DNA of 64,000 nucleotides. Origin: Longimicrobiales bacterium (GTDB lineage Bacteria > Gemmatimonadota > Gemmatimonadetes > Longimicrobiales > Gaopeijiaceae). The notes beneath the pieces were generated by a model. That model had not been told where the DNA came from. It saw only the letters and a program-made list of their open reading frames with translations, and did no database searches. Position 1 is the first letter of the stretch. Each line of letters starts with the position of its first letter. The stretch is taken from NCBI GenBank assembly GCA_965116905.1, contig OZ220732.1:1344001-1408000 (forward strand), given 5' to 3'. Made by a program: the position numbers and the translations under genes. Positions 1 through 9,578 of this stretch are shown piece after piece.

Positions 1-616
1 CGACCGGTTCCTGCTCTTCTGCACCAAGAACGGGGTCGTCAAGAAGACGCCGCTGTCGGCGTACGGCAACGTGCGCGCGGTGGGCATCTACGCGATCAAG
101 TTCCGCGAAGGCGACGAGCTCATCGACGTGCGCATCACCGACGGGACCAACCAGGTGGTGCTGGCGACGCGTCTGGGCAAGGCCATCCGCTTCAGCGAGT
201 CCGACGTGCGCTCGATGGGGCGCAACACGGAAGGGGTGATGGGGATCCGGCTGGGCAAGGACGACGAGGTCGTGGGAATGGTGGTGGTGCGCCGTCCGGA
301 CGAGACGCTGCTGACGGCGACCGAGCACGGCATGGGGAAGCGGAGCGAGATCGGGAACTATCGGTTCCAGGGCCGCGGCGGGATGGGTGTCATCAACCTG
401 AAAGTGTCCGGGAAGTCGGGACCGGTGGTCGCGGTCAGGGCCGTGACGGACGATGACCAGCTCATGGTGATCACCCGTAACGGGGTCGTGAACCGCCAGC
501 CGGTCTCCGACATGCGCGTGATCGGGAGATTGGCCCAGGGGGTGCGGCTGGTCAACCTGGATGAGGGCGATTCAGTGGTCGATGTCGGACGCGTCGTGGG
601 CGATGAAGAGGACTGA
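1..616 (+). CDS. gyrA: DNA gyrase subunit A, C-terminal beta-pinwheel (5' truncated by window edge)
   Basis: Repeated blades (LLFCTKNGVVKKT, LATRLGKAIRF, GRNTEGVMGI, QGRGGMGV, GRLAQGVRLVNL) and acidic tail. Confidence 0.93.
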   Translation, partial: DRFLLFCTKNGVVKKTPLSAYGNVRAVGIYAIKFREGDELIDVRITDGTNQVVLATRLGKAIRFSESDVRSMGRNTEGVMGIRLGKDDEVVGMVVVRRPDETLLTATEHGMGKRSEIGNYRFQGRGGMGVINLKVSGKSGPVVAVRAVTDDDQLMVITRNGVVNRQPVSDMRVIGRLAQGVRLVNLDEGDSVVDVGRVVGDEED

Positions 617-1625
617 CGCGCCTTCGATCCGGGACACCGCCGCCGACCTCGTCTCGCTGGCCGAGATCCGGGCCGCGGCCGCGCGTATCCGCGGCACGGT
701 CGTCCGCACGCCGCTGATCCCGGACGCCGACCTTTCGCGCGTGGTGGGCGGCGAGGTTCGTCTCAAGTGCGAGTCCCTGCAGAAGGCCGGCGCCTTCAAG
801 GCGCGGGGCGCCTGCAACTTTTTGGCGCGGCTGCCCGAGGAAGAGCTGGCCCGCGGCGTCATCACCTACTCCTCGGGCAACCACGCCCAGGCGGTCGCGT
901 TCGCGGCCGGACTCCGGGGCGTCCGCGCCGTGGTGGTCATGCCGACGACGGCGCCGCAGGTCAAGAGCGACGGGGCCCGCAGCCTGGGCGCCCGCGTCGA
1001 GTTCGCGGGCACGACGTCCGAGCATCGCAGGGTGCGCGCCGAGGAGATCGCGGCCGAAGAGGGCCTGGTCATGGTGCCGCCCTTCGATCACTCCTGGATC
1101 ATCGCGGGACAGGGAACCGTCGCGCTGGAAGTCCACGAGGACTGGCCCGAGGTCGACACGCTGCTGGTGCCGATCGGAGGAGGAGGACAGATGGCGGGCT
1201 GCGCGGCTGCGCTCCGGCGCCTGAACCCGGACGCGGCCGTGATCGGCGTCGAGCCCGCGGGAGCGCCCACCATGCGGCGGGCGCTCGACGCGGGGCAGCC
1301 GTCCACGCTGGAGCGCATCGACACGATCGCAGATGGTCTCGCACCCACCCGGGCCGGCGACCTGACCTTCGCCCACGCGGCCGCTCTCCTGGACGACGTG
1401 GTGCTCGTCGAGGACGACGACATCCGGCGCGCGGCCGCCCACCTCATCACGCTGCGCAAGCTCGTGGTCGAGTACTCGGGCGCCGCCACGGTCGCCGCGC
1501 TCCTGTCCGGCCGCGTCGATGCGACGGGACGCAAGGTCTGCGCGGTCCTCTCCGGGGGCAATCTCGACACCTCCCTGCTGGGCGAGATCCTGGACGTGGA
1601 CGTGGACGTGGACCCCGCGGCCTAG
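603..1625 (+). CDS. PLP-dependent threonine/serine dehydratase family protein
   Basis: KCESLQKAGAFKARGA (PLP lysine), SSGNHAQ, PIGGGG, SGGN motifs; no ACT domain; ATG 603 overlaps end of gyrA. Confidence 0.9.
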   Translation: MKRTDAPSIRDTAADLVSLAEIRAAAARIRGTVVRTPLIPDADLSRVVGGEVRLKCESLQKAGAFKARGACNFLARLPEEELARGVITYSSGNHAQAVAFAAGLRGVRAVVVMPTTAPQVKSDGARSLGARVEFAGTTSEHRRVRAEEIAAEEGLVMVPPFDHSWIIAGQGTVALEVHEDWPEVDTLLVPIGGGGQMAGCAAALRRLNPDAAVIGVEPAGAPTMRRALDAGQPSTLERIDTIADGLAPTRAGDLTFAHAAALLDDVVLVEDDDIRRAAAHLITLRKLVVEYSGAATVAALLSGRVDATGRKVCAVLSGGNLDTSLLGEILDVDVDVDPAA

Positions 1626-1702
1626 CAGCCCGTGGACAAAATCCCCCCGGCATTCGAACGTCGATGCATCCGGGCCGGACGCTCGGCCTCACCTCATCAA
1701 AC

Positions 1703-1741
1703 TGTAAATCAAAATTTACACGATGTCATGTTTACCTTACA
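1703..1741. repeat. 39-bp double-palindrome element, copy 1
   Basis: TGTAAATCAAAATTTACA-cga-TGTCATGTTTACCTTACA; AT-rich island in intergenic DNA. Confidence 0.85.
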
Positions 1742-1926
1742 TATTCGGTTGTCGGGGCCGCACTCTTCGTTGCTCCTCGGGCCCGTAGCGCTGCTACTGG
1801 CCCTTCGTCGCGCCTTGCCGGCCCGGCGCCTCGCCGCTCTCGGTGCTCGGGCGGCTTCATCCGCGGACTAGTCCGCACGGCCTGGCCGCCCGTGGACGCA
1901 ATCCCCTCGGCAATCGAGCGGCGCTG

Positions 1927-2607
1927 GTGCTGATCCTCTTCGACATCGACGGCACCCTCACGACCGGCGGCCCCGCCCGGTCGGCGTTTCAACTCGCGCT
2001 GGAAGAGACCTACGGGACGGCCGGGCCCATCGCCACCCACGACTTCTCGGGCAAGACCGACCCCCGCATCACGCGGGAACTCCTGACCGCCGCCGGCTGC
2101 CGCCCCCGCGACATCGAGGCCGGGCTGCCGCGCTTCTGGACGCGCTACCTGTCCGAACTGGAGGCGCGGATCGACGGACATCCCGTGACCGTGCTGCCCG
2201 GGGTCCACGAGCTGCTCACCGCACTCGCAGCGCGCGACGACGTGCATCTCGGCCTCGTTACCGGCAACGTGGCGGGCGGCGCCCGGCTGAAGCTGCTTTC
2301 CGCGCGGCTCTGGCATCACTTCCCGGTCGGCGGTTTCGGTTCCGACAACGAGGTGCGCAACGAGCTGCCCCGCGTCGCGCTTGACCGGGCATCGGCGCAC
2401 TGGGGCCGGGCGTTCCGGGGAACCGATGCCGTGATTGTCGGCGACACCCCCCGCGACGTGGCGTGCGGGAAGGCGGTCGGCGCGGCCACCGTGGCGGTCG
2501 CGACGGGCCGGTTCTCGCGCGCCCAGCTGCTCGACACGGCCGCGGACCGCGTCCTGTCCGACCTGGCGGACACCGCGGCGGCCATCGAAGCACTGACCGG
2601 CCTCTAG
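1927..2607 (+). CDS. HAD-superfamily hydrolase (phosphatase-like)
   Basis: LFDIDGTL motif I, LVTGN motif II, IVGDTPRD motif IV; GTG start inferred. Confidence 0.88.
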   Translation: MLILFDIDGTLTTGGPARSAFQLALEETYGTAGPIATHDFSGKTDPRITRELLTAAGCRPRDIEAGLPRFWTRYLSELEARIDGHPVTVLPGVHELLTALAARDDVHLGLVTGNVAGGARLKLLSARLWHHFPVGGFGSDNEVRNELPRVALDRASAHWGRAFRGTDAVIVGDTPRDVACGKAVGAATVAVATGRFSRAQLLDTAADRVLSDLADTAAAIEALTGL

Positions 2608-2690
2608 CAGCCTTTCGTCGCGGCCGCCCCTGCGGGCGCGCCACGGCGATGTCGACATCCTCACCGGGCCCGCGGCACCCATCTTCGCCC

Positions 2691-2757
2691 CGTTACCCGC
2701 GCGTTACACGGCCAATCCTGAAGCGTTACACGCCCAATCCTGACGCGTTACACGCCC
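2691..2757 (+). promoter_or_regulatory. Phased direct repeats upstream of TonB receptor (possible OmpR/PhoB-type boxes)
   Basis: CGTTAC at 2691, 2702, 2724, 2746 (11/22/22-bp spacing); 22-bp unit GCGTTACACGSCCAATCCTGAM. Confidence 0.5.
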
Positions 2758-2884
2758 TCCCTACCTTCCGTTCGACAACCGGACGGAGCCCTGTGCTCCC
2801 GTGCACATCGGCAACCGCAAGGACCGCCTTGGACAACCTTGAACTCCGCTAGCCAGCGTCGCTCAACCCTCTCACGGAGATACG

Positions 2885-5698
2885 ATGTTTCGAAGCACAA
2901 TCACCATCCTCGCGTGTCTTTCGGCACCGGTCGGGCTGGCCGCCCAGGGGCCCGTCAACGGGGAATACGGCCGCATCGTCGGCCACGTCTTCAGCACACA
3001 GACCGGCGACGTGGTGCCGAGCGTCCGGGTCTTCATCGCCGGCACCGCGATCGGCACGCTCACCTCTCCCGACGGACGCTTCGTTCTCAGGAACGTGCCG
3101 GTCGGCACCCACAGCGTACAGGTCGAGATGATCGGATACGGCTCGAAGATCGTATCGGACGTGGCGGTTACCAACGGTGGTGATCCGGTCGTGCTGGACA
3201 TCACGATCGATCCGCAGGCGATCGAACTGGAGGGACTGACCATCTCGGCCGAGGTCGAGCGCGGGAACACCGCAGCCCTCCTCGGCGCGCGCCGCCGGGC
3301 CGCGGTGGTGGTGGACGCCATCGGCCAGGACCAGATTTCGCGCTCCCCGGACGGGGACGCGGGGGCTGTGCTGAAGCGCGTGCCCGGTGTCTCGCTGGTG
3401 GACGGCAAATACGCCTTCGTACGAGGTCTGGGCGAGCGCTACAGCGCCACCACGCTGAACGGCACCCGGCTCGCATCGCCGGTTCCCGACAAGAAGGTCA
3501 TCCCGCTCGACGTGATTCCTTCGGGGATGCTCGAGAGCATCGTCACGGCCAAGACCTATTCCCCCGACCAGCCCGGCGACTACTCGGGGGGTCTGGTGCA
3601 GATGCGCACCAGGGACTTCCCTGCATCGCGCATCTTCTCGATCAGCTCGAGCAGCGGCTGGAACTCGGTGACCACTTTCAAGGACGGCCTGGGGTATGCC
3701 GGCGGATCGCTGGACTTTCTGGGCCTGGACGACGGAACCCGGGGCTTGCCGTCGGCCATCCCCCCGGACGCCGCCGTCCGGTACTCCCGAAACGGCCTGA
3801 GCCGTAACGACCTCGCGACCATCGGCCGGAGCTTCGGCGGTGACTGGGGACCGACGCCGGTGACGCTGTCGCCCGACCACAGCTTCAGCGCATCCCTGGG
3901 CGACGAATTCGATCTGTTCGGCCGTTCGTTCGGCTTCCTCGCCTCGGTGTCCCAGTCGCGCAGCTATTCGCAGCAGGCCGACCTGGTTGAACGTGTCTTC
4001 GCGACGGGCGGAGGCGCCGACGAACCCGAGGTGGACTACGCCGGCGACCTCACCACGGCATCCGCCTCCATCGGCGGGCTGATGAACCTGTCCTACGAGC
4101 TGGCGCCGGCTCACAAGATCAGTGCCAACCTGGTGTACAACCGTCTCGCCGACGACGAGGCGAGGTCGCTCGAGGGCTACAACCTCGACTCCGGCACCGA
4201 CCAGCTCAACACGCGCCTCCGCTACGTTTCCCAGTCGCTCGCCAACGCCCAGCTGGAGGGCACGCACGTGCTTCGGGGCCTGGGCGGGTCGTCGTTCAGG
4301 TGGCGCAGTACCTACACGCGAGCAGAGCGCTACGAGCCCAACACCCGCGAGGTGCTCTATCGCGCCTCCGGCGGCACCTTCATCTACGACGACTTCATCC
4401 AGAGCGGCAGCGTCTTCCACCAGGACATGATGGAAGACGGGCTGAGCGGAGGGGCGGACATGGAGGTGCCCTTCCAACTACGCTCGCTGCCCGCCTCCAT
4501 CCGCTTCGGGGTGAGCAGCGACCGCCGCCAGCGCGACAACTTCTCCCGCCGCTTCCGCTTCCGTCCGCGGCGCGGCGGGGACATCAACAGCAGCGTGCTG
4601 GCGCTTCCGCCGAACGAGTTGCTTGCCCCGCGGTACATCTCCCCGACCGGGTTCGAGATCCAGGAGGCGACCTTCCGCGCCGACAACTACGACGCGGAGG
4701 AAATCGTAGACGCCGGTTATCTGATTATGGACGCGGAGATTCTTCCCCGCGTGAGGCTCGTGGGCGGGGCGCGCGTTGAGCGGACACGGCAGGCCGTGGC
4801 GCCGGTGGATCTCTTTCCGGTGCCGGGACTGGAGCCGCTGGTGGGCGCGGACGTCAACGAGACCCAGTGGCTTCCCGCGCTGAACCTCACCTACGCGGTG
4901 AGCGCCGCCACCAACATCCGGGCGAGCGTTTCCCAGACGCTGGCGCGGCCCCAACTGCGCGAGCTGGCGCCGTTTTCCTTCGCCGACTACGCGGGCGGAT
5001 ACCTGGTGGTCGGCAATCCGGAGCTCACCGTCTCGCGCATCCGCAACTTCGATTTGCGCTGGGAGTGGTTCTTCCGACCCGGCGCGCTGATCGCGGTCAG
5101 CGGGTTCTACAAGCAGTTCCACAATCCCATCGAGGCGCTCACCTTCCCTTCCACCGAGCTGATTCGCAGCTGGGTGAACGCGCCCGAGGCCAACAACTAC
5201 GGGACCGAGATCGAGCTCCGCACCGGTTTGGCCTTCCTGTCCGAGTCGCTGGAGAACCTGTCGCTCAACACCAACCTGACGCTGGTGAACTCGACGGTCG
5301 CGACCGGCGGAACCGCGCGCATCTACCTCCAGGGCTCCGGGGCGACCGATCTCGCCGTCGTGGATCGTGAGCGCGGGCTGCAGGGACAGTCGCCCTACAT
5401 GGTCAACTTCAGCTTCGCCTACGCGTCGAGGTCCGCAGACACCCGCGCCTCGATCTTCTACAATCGCTTCGGCCGTCGCATCGACGCCATCGGCGGGCAG
5501 GCCACGCCCGACATCTACGAGGAAGCGCGGGGCACCATGGATGCCGTCCTCGAACAGAGGCTGCCGGGCGATTTCTCGATGAAGCTCTCTCTCACGCGCC
5601 TGTTCGGGAACGTGGTCCGGTTTACGCAGGGCGACGGCACCGTCCGTCAGTACGACGGCGGCCGCCGGGTATCGCTCTCACTGCGTTGGGGAAGCTGA
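2885..5698 (+). CDS. TonB-dependent receptor with N-terminal carboxypeptidase-regulatory-like domain
   Basis: Signal peptide, plug motif VRGLGERYSATTLNG..IPLDVIP, barrel motifs RPQLRELAPF, GNPEL, aromatic C-terminal strand. Confidence 0.93.
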   Translation: MFRSTITILACLSAPVGLAAQGPVNGEYGRIVGHVFSTQTGDVVPSVRVFIAGTAIGTLTSPDGRFVLRNVPVGTHSVQVEMIGYGSKIVSDVAVTNGGDPVVLDITIDPQAIELEGLTISAEVERGNTAALLGARRRAAVVVDAIGQDQISRSPDGDAGAVLKRVPGVSLVDGKYAFVRGLGERYSATTLNGTRLASPVPDKKVIPLDVIPSGMLESIVTAKTYSPDQPGDYSGGLVQMRTRDFPASRIFSISSSSGWNSVTTFKDGLGYAGGSLDFLGLDDGTRGLPSAIPPDAAVRYSRNGLSRNDLATIGRSFGGDWGPTPVTLSPDHSFSASLGDEFDLFGRSFGFLASVSQSRSYSQQADLVERVFATGGGADEPEVDYAGDLTTASASIGGLMNLSYELAPAHKISANLVYNRLADDEARSLEGYNLDSGTDQLNTRLRYVSQSLANAQLEGTHVLRGLGGSSFRWRSTYTRAERYEPNTREVLYRASGGTFIYDDFIQSGSVFHQDMMEDGLSGGADMEVPFQLRSLPASIRFGVSSDRRQRDNFSRRFRFRPRRGGDINSSVLALPPNELLAPRYISPTGFEIQEATFRADNYDAEEIVDAGYLIMDAEILPRVRLVGGARVERTRQAVAPVDLFPVPGLEPLVGADVNETQWLPALNLTYAVSAATNIRASVSQTLARPQLRELAPFSFADYAGGYLVVGNPELTVSRIRNFDLRWEWFFRPGALIAVSGFYKQFHNPIEALTFPSTELIRSWVNAPEANNYGTEIELRTGLAFLSESLENLSLNTNLTLVNSTVATGGTARIYLQGSGATDLAVVDRERGLQGQSPYMVNFSFAYASRSADTRASIFYNRFGRRIDAIGGQATPDIYEEARGTMDAVLEQRLPGDFSMKLSLTRLFGNVVRFTQGDGTVRQYDGGRRVSLSLRWGS

Positions 5699-5772
5699 GC
5701 GTGGCCATCATCGAGAGAAACCCACGGATGTTCAAGAGAAACAGTCGATTCCTACACAGGAGAAACCCACGG

Positions 5773-7434
5773 ATGTCTGAGAAAAACAGTCGATACCTGT
5801 TCACGGCAATCGCTGCCGGTTCCCTCGTTCTCGCAGGATGTGGCGGCGACGAGCTGTCACCCGTTGCACCGCCGCCGGGCGCGCCCTCTACCCCTGCCAA
5901 CGTGCAGGCCACGCTCGACATGGCGACCCACCACGTGACCGTGACCTGGGGCGCCGCCGCGAATGCGACCACCTATACCGTAGAGAGAAACCTGGTCGGA
6001 AGCGGCGAGGGGTTCGGGGCGCTTCAGTCCGGAATCAGCGGAACCTCGTACGTGGACGAGAATCCACCTTTCGGCACCCTGCAGTACAGGGTCATCGCGG
6101 TCGGCACGGGCGGCTCCTCCGGGGCGAGTGATCCGGCCGAGGTGGTCAACGAACAGATGATGGTGCCCATGGCGACGCTCTCGACCCGGGTTGGCCCCGG
6201 GGAGATCCGCACCCTGTCCGCGGACACGGTCTATACGCTCCAGGGTGTGGTTACCGTCGAGGATGGCGGCGAGCTTCATATTCCGGCCGGCACCCAAATC
6301 CAGGGTTCCACCGAGGTACAGCCCAGCGCGCTGATCGTCCGGGTCGGTGGCAAGCTCTTCTCGGAGGGCACCGAGGATGAGCCGGTCGTTTTCACCAGCT
6401 CGAATCCGCCAGAGGAGAGGAGCAAGGGTGACTGGGGCGGCATCGTGCTGAACGGCCGGTCGCTCTGCAACTTCCCCGCAGGCGAGTGCGTGGGTGAAGG
6501 CAGCTCGGGGCAGTACGGTGGCACCGACCGCAACGACAACTCCGGCACGATCGTGTACACGCGCATCGAGTACGCCGGGTTCGAGGTCAGCTTCGGCAAC
6601 GAGCTCAACGCGCTCACCATGAACGGGGTGGGCGACGGCACGACCATCCACCATGTGCAGACGCACGCGGGATCGGACGACGGGTTCGAGTGGTTCGGGG
6701 GGACCGTCAATACTCACCACCTCCTTGCAACCGACATTTCGGACGACTCGTTCGACTACTCCACCGGCTTCCAGGGCATGGGACAGTTCTGGCTCGCCCA
6801 GCAGGACCCCGATGACGGCGACAACGGCTTCGAGGTGGACGGAAACGAGGACGACTACAACGCCGAGCCGTTCACCGTCCCGCTGCTTGTCAACGTGACC
6901 CTGATCGGCAAGGGCATGAACGGCGAGGGCGGCACCGAAGGTGAGTCCGTCGATGGCTTCAGGCTGCGTCGCGGCACCGGCGGCCACATCGTCAACGCCC
7001 TGGTCATCGGCTTCGGCGGCGACGGGCTCGACATCGACAACGACGAGACCGTTGCCCGGATGCAGGCGGGGCTGTTCAGCATCAGGAACTCGATCATCGC
7101 CCTGAACGCGGACGCTTTCGAGGGCGCCGAGGAAGAGGCGATTTTCAACACCGAGGGTTGGGGCAACCGGGTCGGCGTGGACCCGATGCTTGGCGATCCC
7201 TTCGACCGGGTGGATCCCGACTTCCAGCCGCAGGCGGACTCTCCCGCGCTGGAGGGGGCCGCGAGCCTGGTGGAACTGGCACCCCTCCTCGCGACGCTGC
7301 CCCCTGAGTTGCAGCAGCAGTTCGCGACGGCGGCGACCTTCTTCGACCTAACCGCCGACTACGTCGGTGCGGTCGGTCCCGACCACGACTGGACCCAGGA
7401 GCCGTGGACCCGCTTCGGCGCCGATGAAAGCTGA
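5773..7434 (+). CDS. Acidic lipoprotein with FN3-like domain and beta-helix-like domain (TBDT partner)
   Basis: Lipobox LAGC; VTVTW..Y.V.R..YVD..YRV FN3 pattern; GDWGGIVL, NGVGDGT, DDGFEWFGGTV, DDSFD motifs; alternative in-frame ATG at 5728. Confidence 0.8.
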   Translation: MSEKNSRYLFTAIAAGSLVLAGCGGDELSPVAPPPGAPSTPANVQATLDMATHHVTVTWGAAANATTYTVERNLVGSGEGFGALQSGISGTSYVDENPPFGTLQYRVIAVGTGGSSGASDPAEVVNEQMMVPMATLSTRVGPGEIRTLSADTVYTLQGVVTVEDGGELHIPAGTQIQGSTEVQPSALIVRVGGKLFSEGTEDEPVVFTSSNPPEERSKGDWGGIVLNGRSLCNFPAGECVGEGSSGQYGGTDRNDNSGTIVYTRIEYAGFEVSFGNELNALTMNGVGDGTTIHHVQTHAGSDDGFEWFGGTVNTHHLLATDISDDSFDYSTGFQGMGQFWLAQQDPDDGDNGFEVDGNEDDYNAEPFTVPLLVNVTLIGKGMNGEGGTEGESVDGFRLRRGTGGHIVNALVIGFGGDGLDIDNDETVARMQAGLFSIRNSIIALNADAFEGAEEEAIFNTEGWGNRVGVDPMLGDPFDRVDPDFQPQADSPALEGAASLVELAPLLATLPPELQQQFATAATFFDLTADYVGAVGPDHDWTQEPWTRFGADES

Positions 7435-8131
7435 GGCTCCTCGCTCCAATCTGGTTCCCGCGTGCCTGCTCGCCTGTCTGCTCGGAACCGGCTGCGACAG
7501 GCCCCAGCCGCTCGGCGAAGCTGCGTTTCCGGGATCCTCGCTTTCCGTGGAGGCGCTTGCTCGCGATGCGCTGCGCGGCCTGGCCGCGTCGGACGCCATG
7601 CTGCTCAATCGGCTCCGCCTCACGGAAACCGAGCACAACGAAGTCGTATGGCCCGAGCTTCCCGCGTCGGCACCGGAGATCGGCTTCCCCGTGGATTTCG
7701 CCTGGAGAAACATCCAGTTGCGCAACGAGTCGGCGCTGGAGCGCGTGGCTGGCTGGTATCGATCGAACCCGGTGCGCTACCAGGTGGCGGAGTGCAGGAG
7801 CGAAACCCGGGCATTCACGACCTTCCGGGTCCACACCGATTGCTGGGTCCTCTTCCTCACAGGCCGGGGAGAGCTTCTGGAAGTTCAGCTCTTCAAGGAT
7901 GTGCTGGAGCGCGACGGCGGGTACAAGATCTTCCGCTACTACGACGAGCTTCCGAGGCGCGCCCGACGTGCGGGCGATGAACCCGGCAACCGGGAAGGCT
8001 CCGGTGCTGCCCCGCCGGGTGCCAGTATTGTCCCGGTACCCCCGTCTGCCCATCTTGCTATGTTTCCGCCCGCGCATCCGCGGCATCTGGAGGACTGCGG
8101 ACATCTCAAGATCTGGAGCGCATCGACATGA
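7424..8131 (+). CDS. Hypothetical lipoprotein
   Basis: Hydrophobic leader ending GTGC; overlaps upstream stop and downstream start. Confidence 0.6.
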   Translation: MKAEAPRSNLVPACLLACLLGTGCDRPQPLGEAAFPGSSLSVEALARDALRGLAASDAMLLNRLRLTETEHNEVVWPELPASAPEIGFPVDFAWRNIQLRNESALERVAGWYRSNPVRYQVAECRSETRAFTTFRVHTDCWVLFLTGRGELLEVQLFKDVLERDGGYKIFRYYDELPRRARRAGDEPGNREGSGAAPPGASIVPVPPSAHLAMFPPAHPRHLEDCGHLKIWSAST

Positions 8132-8802
8132 AGAATTTTTACATCATCCTCGGGGTCGTGGCGGTCGGCGGGATCGCGACGATCGCCCTGGTGCTCAGGG
8201 GCGGCGGCTCTGCGGCAACCGAGCCCGTCGACCTGGGCGAACTGGCGGACGCGGAGTTGCTGGAGCTGGCGCAGGGCATGGTCGCCGGCGACCCGAACGC
8301 GCCCGTCACGATCATGGAGTTCGGCAACTACCAGTGCAATTCCTGCCGGCAGTTCGCGCTGCTGGTCAAGCCGCAGGTGGACATGGCCTACGTCGAAACC
8401 GGCCAGGCCAAGTTCGTGTACTACGACTACCCGTCAGCCCAATTCCCGCACTCGTTCCTGGCGGCCCGGGCCGCCCGCTGCGCCGGTGACCAGGACCGCT
8501 ACTTCGACTATCACGACGCGGTGTACCGAACGTTCGACGACTGGGCCCTGCAGCGCAGCATCGGCGACCACTTCGAGGACCTGGCCGACGACATCGGTCT
8601 CGACACCGGCGCCTTCGAGGAGTGCCTGAACAGCGACCGCTTCGCCGATGTCGTCACCGCCAACATCACCCTGGGCCAGAGGCTGGGCGTACCCGGCACG
8701 CCGGGGATCTTCGTCCACCACGGCACGGGTTCGGCCCAACGGCTGGGCGGCTTCCAGTTCATCGACATCCAGCAGGCCATGGAAGCGGGCCCGGGGAACT
8801 GA
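8128..8802 (+). CDS. DsbA-family thioredoxin-fold oxidoreductase
   Basis: N-terminal TM anchor, GDPNAPVTIMEFGNYQCNSC (CxxC), GVPGTP cis-Pro loop. Confidence 0.9.
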   Translation: MKNFYIILGVVAVGGIATIALVLRGGGSAATEPVDLGELADAELLELAQGMVAGDPNAPVTIMEFGNYQCNSCRQFALLVKPQVDMAYVETGQAKFVYYDYPSAQFPHSFLAARAARCAGDQDRYFDYHDAVYRTFDDWALQRSIGDHFEDLADDIGLDTGAFEECLNSDRFADVVTANITLGQRLGVPGTPGIFVHHGTGSAQRLGGFQFIDIQQAMEAGPGN

Positions 8803-8803
8803 C

Positions 8804-9319
8804 TTGAGCGAGTCGGCGGACAGCGGCGGGCAGGCCGCCGTCGGCGAGCACGGGCGGGACCCCGTTGCCGGCGGACCACCCCGCAACAGGATGCTGATTG
8901 CCGTCCTCACGCTGGGCGGTGCGTTCCTGGCCTTCTACCTGGTGGCGTACAGCATGGGATGGACGCCGCCGATACCGTGCGGCACCGGCCAATGTGCCAC
9001 GGTGCAGTCGTCGAAGTACGCGTGGGTGGGCCCCATCCCGGTGTCCGCGATCGGTCTGGCGGGATACCTGGCGCTCTTCGGGCTGTCGATCGCGGGGCTG
9101 CAGGGGCCGTTCGCGTCGTCGCGCGCCACGGCCTTCCTGCTCTTCGGCGGCGCCCTGTTCGGGGTCCTCTTCAGCGCCTACCTCACGTACATCGAAGCAG
9201 CGGTCCTTCGAGCCTGGTGCCGCTACTGCGTCGTCTCCGCCGTCCTCATCTCGATCGTGTTCCTGGCGACCCTGCCCGAACTCAAGCGCATTCGCGGATC
9301 CGGCGGGGGATCACCGTGA
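8804..9319 (+). CDS. Vitamin K epoxide reductase (VKOR) family membrane protein
   Basis: CGTGQC..VQSSKY loop, TM helices, WCRYC redox motif; start 8804 (TTG) or 8891 (ATG). Confidence 0.88.
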   Translation: MSESADSGGQAAVGEHGRDPVAGGPPRNRMLIAVLTLGGAFLAFYLVAYSMGWTPPIPCGTGQCATVQSSKYAWVGPIPVSAIGLAGYLALFGLSIAGLQGPFASSRATAFLLFGGALFGVLFSAYLTYIEAAVLRAWCRYCVVSAVLISIVFLATLPELKRIRGSGGGSP

Positions 9320-9525
9320 GCGGAGAACGGATTCGCGTCCGCCTGCTGTACGCCGAGGGCGGCGGCTACCACACCGAGGTGATTTCGGTCCCGGGCGGCG
9401 GACTGCCGGACTACGAGCGCCTGATCGATTTCCTGCGGGAAGACGAGGCCGTCGCCGCCGAGTGCTATGTCAACGCCGCGAGGCTCTGTTCGGCGCAGCT
9501 GCTGGAGGCGGACGAAGAAGCCTGA
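9316..9525 (+). CDS. Small hypothetical protein (69 aa)
   Basis: GTGA overlap with VKOR stop; protein-like composition (YERLIDFLRED). Confidence 0.65.
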   Translation: MSGERIRVRLLYAEGGGYHTEVISVPGGGLPDYERLIDFLREDEAVAAECYVNAARLCSAQLLEADEEA

Positions 9526-9578
9526 CCGCGGAAACACGGGAGCCTGACCGCGGAATCCTGCCCGCGGCGGACGCTCGA

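Noticed and set aside
1703..1741. 39-bp element as transposon ends (TGT...ACA) or dif/parS sites
   Set aside because: No transposase, no target duplications and no match to the dif or parS consensus; kept as an unexplained element instead.
1632..1871. 79-aa ORF or possible ncRNA in the 300-bp intergenic gap
   Set aside because: No recognisable motif, RBS or RNA-family signature; only the 39-bp element is supportable.
2691..2757. Possible mini CRISPR array
   Set aside because: Repeats are contiguous 22-bp units without unique spacers, and no cas genes are present.
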